Part shown: positions 10,282-20,753 of the stretch, piece after piece | Position numbering within the stretch: position 1 is the stretch's first letter | How the letters are laid out: the number at the start of each line of letters is the position of its first letter | Assembly (NCBI GenBank): GCA_965198115.1 | Contig: OZ240241.1 | Location: 3,872,001-3,936,000, forward strand | Origin: Candidatus Latescibacterota bacterium | GTDB taxonomy: Bacteria; Latescibacterota; UBA2968 | DNA: 64,000 bases | Direction: 5' to 3' | Position numbers and translations under genes: made by a program | Notes under the pieces: generated by a model | What the model saw: only the letters and a program-made list of their open reading frames with translations | Databases searched by the model: none | What the model was told of the DNA's origin: nothing

Positions 10282-11749
10282 GGTGGACCCTCCTTTTCGA
10301 CCTACTGTAGGTCAACGGAGTGTCCAAGAAAACCCCGGGGCGCTGGACCCCTGGATACGGTCGATGCATGTTTGCCCTCGGTGCGAGGAGCCATTATCCA
10401 CGATGAGGTAGACTTTCTTTGCCGAGCAATAGGGTTTCCGGCTCATGATCAGGCTCAGGAGCCGGTTGAAGGGCTCGATACCCGAAGAAGACTCACAGAG
10501 ACCGAAGATTCGACCATTGTGCACGTCGAGAGCAGCCAGATAGGCCAGGGCTCCTTTCCGCTCGTATTCGTGTTTCAACGCGTGCCGCTCTGTTCGAGGC
10601 TGGCGGTAGGGTAACGTGCTTGCGAGCTCGTGCTTGAATACTGGTCTTTTCGTCGGCAGAAAGTACATATTCCCTCGGCCCTAAAGGCTTTCCTTGCCAT
10701 TGGCGGTGATACAGATCAAGGACTCTACCTGCTTTGGTTTGGAAGTCCGGGTCCCGTGGGAAAATCCAGGAGCGATGATACCAAGGACGAATCGCGTCCT
10801 CGTTCAACCAGCGCCAGACAGTGGCGCCGCTGATCTTGGCAACGAAGCCCCTTTGCACTGCCTCGGCGGCAATCTCGGAACAGCTGAACCGCGAGAGCGG
10901 TATCCCGCTCTCGCTCGGTAGTTCACACGCCAGCGCCTTGATCTGAACGACCACCTGAGGGGGGAAAACCGGGCGGGCGCCCGGGACGAGATCTATCTTC
11001 GAGTCCCGAAAGACGCTCTTCGAAAAAGCGCTTACGCCATTTGCTTACGATCGGACGCGGAACATCCAACCGTTGGGCGATAATCTTGTTGGATAATCCC
11101 TCGGCGGCGAGAAGCACGATTTTCGATCGGATCACTTGATAATACGATAACGTATATTGTCCAGCCATTCGCTCGAGGTCGACCCGTTCCTTCTCAGACA
11201 GTAGCACCACATAAGGCGAACGTCTTGGCATTGTTCTCCTCCTTTTGAAGGAGAACATAAGCTACAAATAATGTTCAGGACATACGTAATAATGTTTATG
11301 AAACCATGCACTTAGCGCAATCTTCACCGCATCCTTCCCATCCAGATGATATCCACCGGCAAGCGCGTGGAAGCCCTCCGAGACACGCTCGAGCGGCAAC
11401 GTGTGGCTGACCATCTCGCTGAAGGGAAACTCGTTCCGTTCCATGATCGGGATGCCGCGCATGAAGTACTCCGCTTTTCCACCCCAGATTGCTTCGACTC
11501 GGATGTTTTTTCCTCATCAGCTGTTGGTTCGGGTTGAATTCCATAGAGCCGACGTCCACGAAATGGCCCATTTCGACATAGGTGCCGCTCTGTTTGACGT
11601 ATTCGAGCCCCTCGCTGATGGCGGGAAGGAAGCCTGCACACTCGAATACGACGTCCGCGCCCTCACCTCTCGGCGTGCTTTCGCGAACGAGCTGGATACG
11701 GTCCGCCGGGTCCGTCATCTCTGCAATGTCGATGACCAGGTCGGCACCA

Positions 11750-13137
11750 GGTGAGGTCCCTATCCTAGTTGAAACTTAAAGGGCTCCAAACTTACGTTGT
11801 GGGTAGACGTGTGAGAGCGTGTACCCGTAAGAAAGGAGCCCACGATGGAGAAGCTATTTGCAGGGGATGGCGAAGTCAAGGTTGGGTCAGACGTTATGGA
11901 TTTGGAGACGCGTTTATCGGTGATCCGGGCGCTGATTCCGCTGGGTCTGGAGGCCGTTGCCGACGTGCTCCAGCAGGAGGTGGAGCAGCTCGCAGGCGTT
12001 CGGTATGCGCGTAAGGGTTCAGAGCAGTCGCATCGTCGATGGGGAAGCCAGAAAGGGTCCGTGTATCTGATGGACCAGAAGCTGCCGGTGGCCGTTCCCC
12101 GTGTGCGCGACGTCGAGTCCGATACGGAGGTTTCTCTGGCCGCATACCGGGGGATGCAGAGGCCCAGAGCGATGGATGAGAAGCTGCTGCTTCGTGTGCT
12201 CAAGGGAATCTCCTGTCGCAACTACAGAGCCTGTGCAGAGTCGGTACCCGAAGCGTTCGGAATCTCGGCATCCTCCGTCTCGCGACGGTTCATCAAAGCC
12301 ACCGCAAAGAAGCTGAAGCAGTTCCAGGAACGACCGCTCGACGACTACGACTTGGTCGCCCTGTTCATCGACGGAAAGAGCTTTGCCGACGAAGAGATCG
12401 TGATCGCTCCGGGCGTCACGACGGACGGCCAGAAGATCCCCCTGGGCTTCGTCGAATCGGCGACGGAGAACGAACGGATCTGCCGTCAGCTGATCCAGGA
12501 TCTCATCCGGAGAGGCCTGTGCTACAACCAGGGCCTTCTCGTTGTGCTGGACGGCTCAAAGGGACTCCGCAGTGCCGTCACCAAAGCCCTCAAAGGGGAT
12601 GTGTGCGTGCATCGCTGTCAGTGGCACAAGCGCGAGAACGTCGTCAGCTACCTCCCGGAGGCAGAACGTCCAAGAGTTCGACGGAAACTTCAGAAAGCCT
12701 ATGACTGCGACACCTACGAGGAGGCAAAGGCCGCACTCGAATCACTCAAACCCGAACTCAAGCTGATGAATCAGTCTGCCGTGGCAAGCCTCGAGGAAGG
12801 ACTGGAGGAAACCCTGACCCTCCACCGGCTGGGGATGCTCCCGTTCTTGAAGCGAAGCTTCCGAACCACCAATTGCATCGAGGCGCTCAACAGCATGACC
12901 GGCAACCTGATACGGAAGGTCAACCGCTGGAACAACTCTCCTCAGCGACACAGATGGGTCGCGGCCGCACTCCTCGACATCGAACCACGCCTGCGACGCG
13001 TGAGCGGATACAAACACCTCCCGCTGCTCAGGCAAGCACTGAAAAACAACCTGAATCTCGGCGACAATCAAGATGCTCGGCAGAGAGCATGAATACCACG
13101 GAGCCCGATGAGTTTCAACTGACTATGGGACTTGACC
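11750..13137 (+). mobile_element. IS256-family IS (type B)
   Basis: IRs GGTGAGGTCCCTATCCTAGTTGAAACT / AGTTTCAACTGACTATGGGACTTGACC; 8-bp TSD CGGCACCA (11742-49, 13138-45). Confidence 0.93.
11845..13092 (+). CDS. IS256-family (mutator-type) transposase, intact ORF
   Basis: LFIDGK, VLDGSKGL, HRCQWHKRENV and TTNCIEALNS motifs. Confidence 0.93.
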   Translation: MEKLFAGDGEVKVGSDVMDLETRLSVIRALIPLGLEAVADVLQQEVEQLAGVRYARKGSEQSHRRWGSQKGSVYLMDQKLPVAVPRVRDVESDTEVSLAAYRGMQRPRAMDEKLLLRVLKGISCRNYRACAESVPEAFGISASSVSRRFIKATAKKLKQFQERPLDDYDLVALFIDGKSFADEEIVIAPGVTTDGQKIPLGFVESATENERICRQLIQDLIRRGLCYNQGLLVVLDGSKGLRSAVTKALKGDVCVHRCQWHKRENVVSYLPEAERPRVRRKLQKAYDCDTYEEAKAALESLKPELKLMNQSAVASLEEGLEETLTLHRLGMLPFLKRSFRTTNCIEALNSMTGNLIRKVNRWNNSPQRHRWVAAALLDIEPRLRRVSGYKHLPLLRQALKNNLNLGDNQDARQRA

Positions 13138-13780
13138 CGGCACCAATCTTCTTTGCCAGTTCCAGTCGCCCGGGAGGGCCGCCCACCATGATCAGTTGTC
13201 CGGCACCGCTGACCTTCGCGCAAATCAGGGTAACGAGACCGATGGGACCCGAGCCCTGAACAGCAACGGTATCGCCGAACTGAATGCCGGATCGCATAAC
13301 CCCGTGGACACCGATGTTGAACGGCTCGGCGAGGACGGCAACGTCGGCCGGCATGTCGACTTTGAAGATGGCTTCTTCGGCGTGCTGGAGGTTGATGTAG
13401 TCCGAGAATCCACCCCGCAAATGCGGTGAGTCAGCGGGATCCAGGAAGCCGTAGATGCCGACGGGCGTTCGTGGGAAGAAAACGACGCGGTCACCCTCCG
13501 CCAGTGCGTTTCCGAAGAGGTCCTGCTTCACGTTCGCGCCCATCTTGTCGATGATGCCGACGTTCTCGTGACCGAGGAGGATCTCGCCTTCGAGGCGTTG
13601 ATGTTCCCAGTTGTGCAGATCCGTGCCACAGATACCAGCCAGTTCTGTCTTGAGCAGCACGGCATCCGGATCCGGGTCGAGCACGGGGTATTCACGGATG
13701 TCGAATGTCTCGCCGACCATCACGGCGGCCTTGGACGTCATTGCCATGGTTTCGTCCTTACCGAATCAACACCTGCCTGG

Positions 13781-13808
13781 GTAGGGCCACGGCATGCCGT
13801 GGCCCTAC
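13781..13808. repeat. GTAG-type REP palindrome
   Basis: Perfect 28-bp palindrome GTAGGGCCACGGCATGCCGTGGCCCTAC. Confidence 0.8.
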
Positions 13809-13836
13809 GATTACTTGTTACCGGGCGCTTTTACGG

Positions 13837-14652
13837 TCATCGCTTTGCCGGCCACGGCGTGAACAATGCCCGCTGTTCTTCACTGTATCTCTCGAGCGTC
13901 CGGTCGAGCACGTGTTGAGGCTCGTCCATCGTACCGGCGTTTTGCGACATCAGCCAGAAGGGACCGTAGCCGACGTGAATAGTCTTCCTCGTCTGCTCCG
14001 ACTGATTCGTCACGCCGCCGTGACGCAGATTCTCCGTAAACAGAATGACATCACCGGCCTTCGCTTCGAGCGGGACCACACCCGGTTCCGTATCTGGGTC
14101 CCTTTTGTAAGGCGCCTGGAGATGGCTGTTGTGCGTTCCGGGGACAACGCAGAACGCACCTTGTTCCTCTGTCACATCGTGCACGAAGTAGATGAAGCGG
14201 ACCATCCGACAGTCGATGCCGTTGTCGTTGTAGCTGTAGGTGTATTTATCGCCTGTCGGCCGATGCATGCCGGACTGATTGCCCGTGTAGCGGATTCGGA
14301 TTTCGGAATTGTTGATGGTGACGTGTCCCTGAACGATACCTCGGGCATAGCTCATTGTCGGTTCGTGATTCACGAGAAGATCGAACGCTGGATCCGCGTT
14401 CCAGAAGTCCTCGATGATCAGCGTATGGCCCTCACCTCTTTTGCCCTTGACGAGATAGCCCAGCTCTTCGTTGACGTGATACTCGCTGTCCCACGCGCTC
14501 ACCTTGCGAGGCGGCAGATCCACGTGCTCGAGCCCGTGTGCCTCCAACCGGTCGACCGCCTCCGCGAGCGAGCTCACCTCATCCGGGGAGAGAAAGTCCG
14601 GCAGGACCAGATACCCCTGCCGATCGAATTCATAGATTTCGGTCTCTGTCAT
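13837..14652 (-). CDS. PhyH-family Fe(II)/2OG dioxygenase
   Basis: FDRQGYLVLPDFLS, GAFCVVPGTH and GDVILFTENLRHGG motifs; first iron motif reads HRP (no acidic residue). Confidence 0.88.
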   Translation of the reverse strand: MTETEIYEFDRQGYLVLPDFLSPDEVSSLAEAVDRLEAHGLEHVDLPPRKVSAWDSEYHVNEELGYLVKGKRGEGHTLIIEDFWNADPAFDLLVNHEPTMSYARGIVQGHVTINNSEIRIRYTGNQSGMHRPTGDKYTYSYNDNGIDCRMVRFIYFVHDVTEEQGAFCVVPGTHNSHLQAPYKRDPDTEPGVVPLEAKAGDVILFTENLRHGGVTNQSEQTRKTIHVGYGPFWLMSQNAGTMDEPQHVLDRTLERYSEEQRALFTPWPAKR

Positions 14653-14683
14653 AGTTCCAACTTGTCCGGGTAATGTGCCGTTG

Positions 14684-14769
14684 ACCGTTCACCCTGAGTA
14701 TAGGTCTGGCGAAGGCGACGGCCGCTGGGCGGAGAAGTCATTGGCCCCTCGTATCGAAGGGCGAACGGT
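14684..14769 (+). repeat. Variable-core hairpin repeat, copy A
   Basis: ACCGTTCACCCTGAGTA-N51-TATCGAAGGGCGAACGGT. Confidence 0.8.
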
Positions 14770-14773
14770 ACTT

Positions 14774-15190
14774 TCAGGACTTTGTTATCGTAACTATCCC
14801 CGCATCCGCATCCACAACCACACGATCACCAGTGGAAATGTGATCGAAGGGATTCTCTTCCAGATCGCTCATCATGGGAATCTCGTTCACGATACACCCG
14901 AGGGCCGCCAGGCCATCCACTTCGACGTTGACGAATGCCGCCGGTGCCTGACCTTCGAGTTGGGCCAGATTCAGGATCATCGGTGTTCCCGACGACCCCT
15001 TCGTCGATCGAATCACCAGCACGCGATCCTTCAGACTCTCGCCCTCGAGCGGGTGTCCCACCGCGATGATCTTCCCGGTGACGGCATCGACCTCCCCCCA
15101 GAAGGAAAGCGTCGCATCCGCAACCAGCGCTTCACCTTCCGCGCGACCAGCCACAACGCCCTTGCCGCGAATTTCAATCGTCTCACCCAT
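14774..15190 (-). CDS. Aconitase X swivel (small) subunit, DUF126
   Basis: GRAEGEALV, SFWGEVD..TG.I...HPL.GES and KGSS motifs; ATG at 15190. Confidence 0.9.
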   Translation of the reverse strand: MGETIEIRGKGVVAGRAEGEALVADATLSFWGEVDAVTGKIIAVGHPLEGESLKDRVLVIRSTKGSSGTPMILNLAQLEGQAPAAFVNVEVDGLAALGCIVNEIPMMSDLEENPFDHISTGDRVVVDADAGIVTITKS

Positions 15191-15282
15191 GAATCTCTCA
15201 AGGAAGCTTGAAACCTCAGAACACACCGGAAAGGATGGTTTTCCCTCTGTGTATTCTGTGTGATCTGTGGTTCCCGGGCCTT

Positions 15283-16530
15283 TCAGTCGCCCATCCACTT
15301 GCCTGCAATCGCTGCCCGGACGCACGGCTCGGTTTTCGCAACAATCGATTCACACTCGATCATCCCACGCGAGTAATGGGCCTGCTTGAATCCGTGGGTG
15401 ACGATGCGTTTGTAGGGGATCCGCATGTTCGTGGGACACGTGTCGGTGAGGATTCTGCCACCCGCTTCTTCGATGATTCGCGTGTAACCCATGGCGTCCG
15501 CGTTGCCCTTCGTGCCCTTCGCGGTATCGATCCACAGATCTACGCCGTCCGCGATCTTCTTTCCCTTTAGAAGATGTGCGAATTCGGCGATCTCGCGAAT
15601 CGATGCGTGGGGACACCCGAGGATACAGGCATCGATCTCATCACCGGTGGTCTTCCGCAGGGCATCGTACTGAGCTTGTAGTGTTTCTGAGTCGAACGTG
15701 ACGAAGTCTTCCGGCACGTCGTCGTGGAACGCTGTTTCGAGGGTCTGGGCTTCGGGTGTGACGCCGGCGATATGGGCGAGGGTGACGCCACCCGAAGTTG
15801 CGAGCGCCGCACACAGTTGTTTCGCCTCGTCTTGACTCGGCCGGCCGCAGCCGTTGAATACGGGTGCCCCGAGCCCCGCGATCTTTCCGGCGAAATAGCC
15901 CAGCGCCCCCCAGTCGGTCGAATGAGTCAGGTCCGCAGTCACCTCGATTCGAACCGTTCCCTTCCGATTTTTGTCGAGCAAGACACCGAACTCGGGCACA
16001 AGCCCCAGAAGAGAGGCCGCGATGGCGCTCTCTGTCCCGTGTCGTGTCGTGCGTGCGCCTAGAATCGTATTTGCGTAAACCACGGCCGATGATTCGGTCC
16101 ACGCACAGACCTCACCTTTAACGGGTACATTGCCGACCAGATAGGGGGCGCACGTGAATGTGGGGATGAAGCCTGCATCGGCAGCGAGGTCTGCCAGTTC
16201 CTTCTGCATCGCGACCTGCTCCGGATCGTTCTCGGGTACGTCCACATCTTCCATGGTGATAAAAGCAGCGTGAACGGTGCAGTAACAGCCTTCGGCGGTT
16301 CGATGTTCACACGCCTCTTTGAGATCCGCCATGTATGCCTTCATGGTCTCTTTCGAGGCATTCCTGGCCATCAGGTTCGGAACGGGCAGTAGGGCGTGCG
16401 TATTGTCACACTTGATCAGCCGTTCGGCACCCATGACATCGCCCCACTGGACGAGCCATCGCATACATTTCGCCAGATAGTCGCCTCTCGATCCGTCCAG
16501 AATCGCCTGCTGCTCGCTCGTCAATTCCAT
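15283..16530 (-). CDS. Aconitase X catalytic (large) subunit, DUF521
   Basis: TFTCAPY, WTESSAVVYANTILGART, LGCPHAS and TDTC motifs. Confidence 0.92.
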   Translation of the reverse strand: MELTSEQQAILDGSRGDYLAKCMRWLVQWGDVMGAERLIKCDNTHALLPVPNLMARNASKETMKAYMADLKEACEHRTAEGCYCTVHAAFITMEDVDVPENDPEQVAMQKELADLAADAGFIPTFTCAPYLVGNVPVKGEVCAWTESSAVVYANTILGARTTRHGTESAIAASLLGLVPEFGVLLDKNRKGTVRIEVTADLTHSTDWGALGYFAGKIAGLGAPVFNGCGRPSQDEAKQLCAALATSGGVTLAHIAGVTPEAQTLETAFHDDVPEDFVTFDSETLQAQYDALRKTTGDEIDACILGCPHASIREIAEFAHLLKGKKIADGVDLWIDTAKGTKGNADAMGYTRIIEEAGGRILTDTCPTNMRIPYKRIVTHGFKQAHYSRGMIECESIVAKTEPCVRAAIAGKWMGD

Positions 16531-16566
16531 CGTGAATCCTCAATTGCACTGGAGTAATGATCCGCC

Positions 16567-16650
16567 ACCGCTCACCCTGAGTAGAGGATTGGTGACGACT
16601 CGTTCCTGTGGTCGTCAGGTAAGGCGGCGATCCTCATATCGAAAGGGCGA
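16567..16650 (+). repeat. Variable-core hairpin repeat, copy B
   Basis: ACCGCTCACCCTGAGTA-N53-TATCGAAAGGGCGA. Confidence 0.78.
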
Positions 16651-16677
16651 CAGGGGCGGAATGGCAAGAAATCCACC

Positions 16678-16717
16678 AAACAAGAAAAGCCACTGCAGTC
16701 ATAGCTGCAATGGCTTT
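16678..16717 (-). terminator. Probable intrinsic terminator downstream of PhyH 16841-17830
   Basis: Stem AAAGCCAYTGCAG with a 6-nt loop, followed on the minus strand by TTTTCTTGTTT. Confidence 0.5.
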
Positions 16718-16840
16718 GTTCTTGTTCCGCCTATTGGGCTGAGTAGTCGGACGCGAAGCGTAATGACACGCCCGCTCTCCCCGTCGCCCGCTCACATCCC
16801 CCAACTCTCTACACCCCCGCCCTTCTACTTGACGCCACAG

Positions 16841-17830
16841 CTAGGCACAATCGACATCCCCTTCTTTCCACCGCCCGAACAGGACTTCCTTCTGCTCACC
16901 CTGGTTGATCTTCGACATGCGCTCGCGCGTTTTCGACCACAAGTCGGTCCAGACGCCCGCGTCCTTGAGCTCGAGCTCGGGATTCTTCTTGCTACGGACC
17001 ACGAATCCGGGAAAAGCCTCCCGTCCGGTGTGCTGGCCGGTCGGGTTGTAGCGCAGATCGAAGCTCCACCGGATGCGGTCGCTGACGTTCGAGAGCGAAC
17101 CGTGGACCGTGTGTCTGTTGAGCAGGATGACGTCGCCGCGTTTAGCGGGCAAAGGAATCATCCCATCGGCATCGAAGAACTTCTCTGGGATCGGCCTTCC
17201 GCCCTGCCCGCGATAGTTGAGGCAATGAGTTAACAGTCCGGAGCGATGGCTGCCAGGCACGACTTTCAGGGGCCCCTGCTCGAGGTCTGTGTCCTGGAGC
17301 GAAAACCAGACGGTGAGCATCTGCGTTTGGTCCGCTTCCTCGATGACGACGCCGTTGTCCTGATGCCATTGAGTCGCACCCAGGATCGGCTTGCCGAGGT
17401 CGTTCGTCGGCAGGATCGACTCGGGCGGCTTGATCCGGACGTGCTGAACTGGGTTGGAGTAGATCTCGGGTCCCAGGATAGATTCGATCGCGTCGATGAG
17501 TGGCTCGCAGACGAACGCGTCGAGCACGGCCTGGCCTGCCCAGAAGGGGGTGTCGGTCTTGCAGTTCATGAACGGGAGAGAAAAATCGAAGTACTGTTTG
17601 TGCACATCGCCGGTTTCGATCACGAGCTTGATGAAGCGCTCGCCGAATGGCAGCCCTTCGAACCGAGAGGAGATGTCACCCTTCTCGTAGAGCTCGTCGA
17701 TCAGTGTGTCCAGAACGTCTTCGTATTCCTCGATCACCGCATCGAGCACCTCGTGCGGGATGACGTTCGGAACGATGACGTAGCCCTGCTCTTCGAAATG
17801 GTCCAGCTGCTCTTGCGTGAGATGCGCCAT
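16841..17830 (-). CDS. PhyH-family Fe(II)/2OG dioxygenase
   Basis: FEEQGYVIV, WHQD, VVPGSH and HGSLSN.S.RIRWSFDLRY motifs. Confidence 0.92.
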   Translation of the reverse strand: MAHLTQEQLDHFEEQGYVIVPNVIPHEVLDAVIEEYEDVLDTLIDELYEKGDISSRFEGLPFGERFIKLVIETGDVHKQYFDFSLPFMNCKTDTPFWAGQAVLDAFVCEPLIDAIESILGPEIYSNPVQHVRIKPPESILPTNDLGKPILGATQWHQDNGVVIEEADQTQMLTVWFSLQDTDLEQGPLKVVPGSHRSGLLTHCLNYRGQGGRPIPEKFFDADGMIPLPAKRGDVILLNRHTVHGSLSNVSDRIRWSFDLRYNPTGQHTGREAFPGFVVRSKKNPELELKDAGVWTDLWSKTRERMSKINQGEQKEVLFGRWKEGDVDCA

Positions 17831-17955
17831 CTGATGTCTCCTTAAAGCGCGCGGGTAAAACCTTAACGGTTGACAGTCTCAATCTTTTGCCCACGGGCCT
17901 GACTGCCCTATGTAGCTCTAGCGAAGGTGCGTCAATTGCCACACATTGTCAATGG

Positions 17956-19495
17956 TTACTGGGGTTCTCCAAAAGCCCAAAGGTGGTTGGCTGTGCGCAA
18001 ATATAGCGTGTTGTCGACCACAGCGGGGGTGGCGTAGATCCCTTCCCTGAAGTCATTTCGCGAAATCAGCTCGAATTTCTCGCCCTGGGCGAGGACGAAA
18101 ATCGCACCACGTTCCGCGGCGATAATGACCCGATCCCCGACAAGGATCGGTGTGGCGTAGTATTCGCCCCCAAGCCCCAGCCGCTTCTGATAGTGAACCT
18201 CGCCGGTCTGGAGGTCCAGGCAGGAAACAAAACCACCCTTCTTCACAAAGTACACGCGATCGTCGTAAATCATCGGGGATGCAACATAGGGGAGTGCTTT
18301 CTTGTGTTCCCAGAGCACGTGGCTCTTGGTGACGTCTCCGCGTCCTCCCGCCCGGACTGCGAGCATCACGTTACGTCCCGGTCGGGCCTCCGCGGTCATC
18401 GCAGGTCTCAGCTCCCCAACCTCCCACTTACCGTCTCCGTCCGCATCGACAAGGCGAAATGCGTCCTGGATCCGGCCTTCAGGCAGTTCTGACGCACTGA
18501 CTCCGTCGTCGCCATCTTTGTCGAAGTGGGACACGAAGCGCACCGGATCGCTCTGTACGTCCTGCGGAAGCTGTACGTCAACGTCGAAGATGGTGGCGAC
18601 CTTTTCGGGTCCCGGCACGTTATCGGTCGTCCAGCCCCCGAAAACGAGCACATTGCCAGACCCGATGGGAGAGGGACAGACAACGATAGGAAGGTTGTTA
18701 ACGACCCAGTTCTCGCGCCCCGAGTTCGCATCATAACCTCTAAGTGTTCCCGTCCCTCCCACGACCAACTCAGTTCCGCCCTCATGTCGCCACATGTAGG
18801 GAGATGAGAAATTCACTCCGGCATCACGACGAGGCGTCATCCACCGCTCTTCGCCCGCGTCGGCAGCAAAGCAGTAAACCGCGGAGTCGCCCTCGATTGC
18901 ACCATACCAGGAGGTGCCAGACACGTCTCTGACGAGATAGAGGGCATCCCCGTGCAAGACAGGTGATGTCCCTGTTCCGAACTGAGTCTGTGGGATCGGA
19001 AACACGCGGTCCCAGACGACCTCACTCTCGTGGTTGAGGGCGATCAGACCCATAGGCTCCGAAGTAGGCGTAGATGCGTTCCGCGTCTAGACAGATCGTA
19101 GGAGCGGCAGGGGAGCTGTCCCGGTGATAGAATTCCTCCTTCCCGCGCATCTGGAGCTCTTTCAGCCAGACAAGAGAGCCATTCGATCGATCGTAGCTTA
19201 GGACGAGAAGCTTTTCGCCCTCGTATCCCGTCAGGAAAATCTTATCGCCCCACACGACCAGTGACGAGCTGCCCAAGGGCACCTCGTGCTTCCACAGGAC
19301 GTTCACTCCGGGGCCGAATCGATCCGGTACGCGTTGATCAGCGGCAGTAGCCGATCCATCGGGCCCCCTGAACTGCGGCCAGGCGGCGTGCGCCTCAGAG
19401 AACACGACGAACACAAAGATCGCGAAGAAGATCCGCGGCAATCGCCAAGGATGGAAGATCGTCGGAGCGGTTCTGTAGTTTCGGTTATTTGTCAT
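17956..19495 (-). CDS. Secreted PQQ/BamB-like beta-propeller protein with EF-hand-like insert (frameshift near 19050)
   Basis: Signal peptide followed by WPQFRGP; SPVL repeats; DKDGDDGVS and DADGDGKWE motifs; ends ATPAVVDNTLYLRT. The start codon is uncertain. Confidence 0.82.
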
Positions 19496-19576
19496 CTGTT
19501 CTCTGTCCTCTGCCATTTGGACGCCATCGATCGCCCACCGCCCACCGCCGACTGGTTTGCCATCTACCGTCGACGG

Positions 19577-20464
19577 TTCACTTGCTTTTTGTGATGCTCC
19601 CCGACACTCCGGACTCCGGGCCGATGAGTGTCATCGATGCCCTTCCACGCATAGGGGTCTTCTCCGGCGATCATGACGATGTCCCGCACGTCGGCACGTG
19701 CGACCCCACCACCGCCTTCGGGCACACGCCAGGGGAGGAGCGACTCGGCACTCATATAGTGATTGACGAGGACACGTCGATGACCCGATTCAGCCTTGTT
19801 GGGGAAGGATCGATGGAGCAGGTAGCCATTAAAGAAGACAAGAGCACACCCGCTTCGACTTCGACGGGGATCGTCTCGTCATCACGGTAAGGGAATTGGT
19901 AGGATTCCTGGGCCCCGTCGAACCGCGTGTCTTCGTGGTCGTGTTGGGGATACAGAATGCCGGGGGCGTGCGAGCCGGGAATGACCCAGATGCACCCGTT
20001 TTCGGTCGTCGCATCATCGAGGGCGATCCAGCCGCCTGTCAGCGATCGGTCCCGGGTCGGGATGTAGATTTCGTCCTGGTGCCACGCCTGACCCGGCATG
20101 CCGGCTGATTTGATGAAGTACATCGATTGCATGCATTTCACGTTGGGTCCGATGATCTTGGTCAGCACATCGACCATCGTGCGCTGGGCCAGATAGCGGT
20201 GTTGAACTGGGGAGATCTTGTGAACCTGGTGAATGCAGAGGATTCGCTGGAGGATTTCGTCGTCGGTTTCGTCACCCTTGAAGTCCGGGAGGTTCCGGAC
20301 CTCGCCCCACTTGCCGCGACATAGATCGACCGCATCGCGTCTGAGCTCCTCGATCTCCGACGTCGAGAGGGCATTCGGGACGACGAGGAAGCCGTTTCGT
20401 GGTACGATTGAACGTGGTCGTCAGTGATGGTCGGGTAGACCCACTCGGGTGCGTTGACGGTCAA
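19577..20464 (-). pseudogene. PhyH-family dioxygenase with several frameshifts
   Basis: KCMQSMYFIK, GQAWHQDE and NGCIWVIPGSH motifs, plus YMSAESLLPW, spread over four ORF fragments. Confidence 0.82.
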
Positions 20465-20631
20465 GAACTCAGCCCTGATGCGGTGAAGGAATCCAATTCG
20501 GTGCAGGAAAAGGTTACCCCGGGCACCGACTGGTCATTAATATAGGGCCTTGCCGAAAACGAACCAAGATAGGCGAAAACCCTGGATACGAAGTCGCGAA
20601 GACACCAAGCAGAATGAGGTGAACCTCCGTG

Positions 20632-20666
20632 ACACCGTCACACTGAGCGCAGTCGAAGTGTCGGTC
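20632..20666 (+). repeat. Short hairpin repeat ACACCGTCACACTGAGC-GCA-GTCGAAGTGTCGGTC
   Basis: The same flanks recur at 49398-49454 with an insertion in the loop. Confidence 0.75.
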
Positions 20667-20753
20667 CTGGCCGATACCGAACTGTCACGTGTTTCTGGTT
20701 CCCTTGGTGCCCTGGGGTCTCGGTAGTTCAAGATCATCTGAAAGGAGAAGGCG

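Larger units (their letters stand above)
8964..10347 (-). mobile_element. IS3/IS481-like IS with a 13-14-bp target duplication
   Basis: Ends TGTAAAGCCCGCGGTTGTCTGGACACTC / GAGTGTCCAAGAAAACCCCGGGGCGCTGGA; CCCCTGGATACGGT is repeated at 8950-8963 and 10348-10361. Confidence 0.85.
8683..11231 (-). pseudogene. IS630 transposase (HTH orfA + DDE orfB), disrupted
   Basis: HTH orf 10923-11231 with slippery GGTTTTCCCCC; SADEKTSIQAR, HEYERKG and IVDNGSSH motifs; C-terminus HLPIHASWLNQIEIYFS lies at 8683-8963. Confidence 0.88.
8651..11312 (-). mobile_element. IS630-family IS, interrupted by an IS3/IS481-like element
   Basis: TA flanks at 8649-50 and 11313-14; imperfect IRs AGTACTCCTGTTCTCAAATACGGTTACGTAT / AGTGCATGGTTTCATAAACATTATTACGTAT. 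Confidence 0.88.
11313..13747 (-). pseudogene. Zn-dependent (MDR) alcohol dehydrogenase, split by IS256 type B and clipped by IS630
   Basis: GICGTDLH, GHENVG and QGSGPIGL in 13138-13747; GADVVFECAG...AVKIAL in 11313-11749; extra frameshift near 11507. Confidence 0.9.

Noticed and set aside
16682-16745. Possible tRNA remnant or att site
   Set aside because: No cloverleaf or T-loop and no integrase nearby; a terminator is the simpler explanation.
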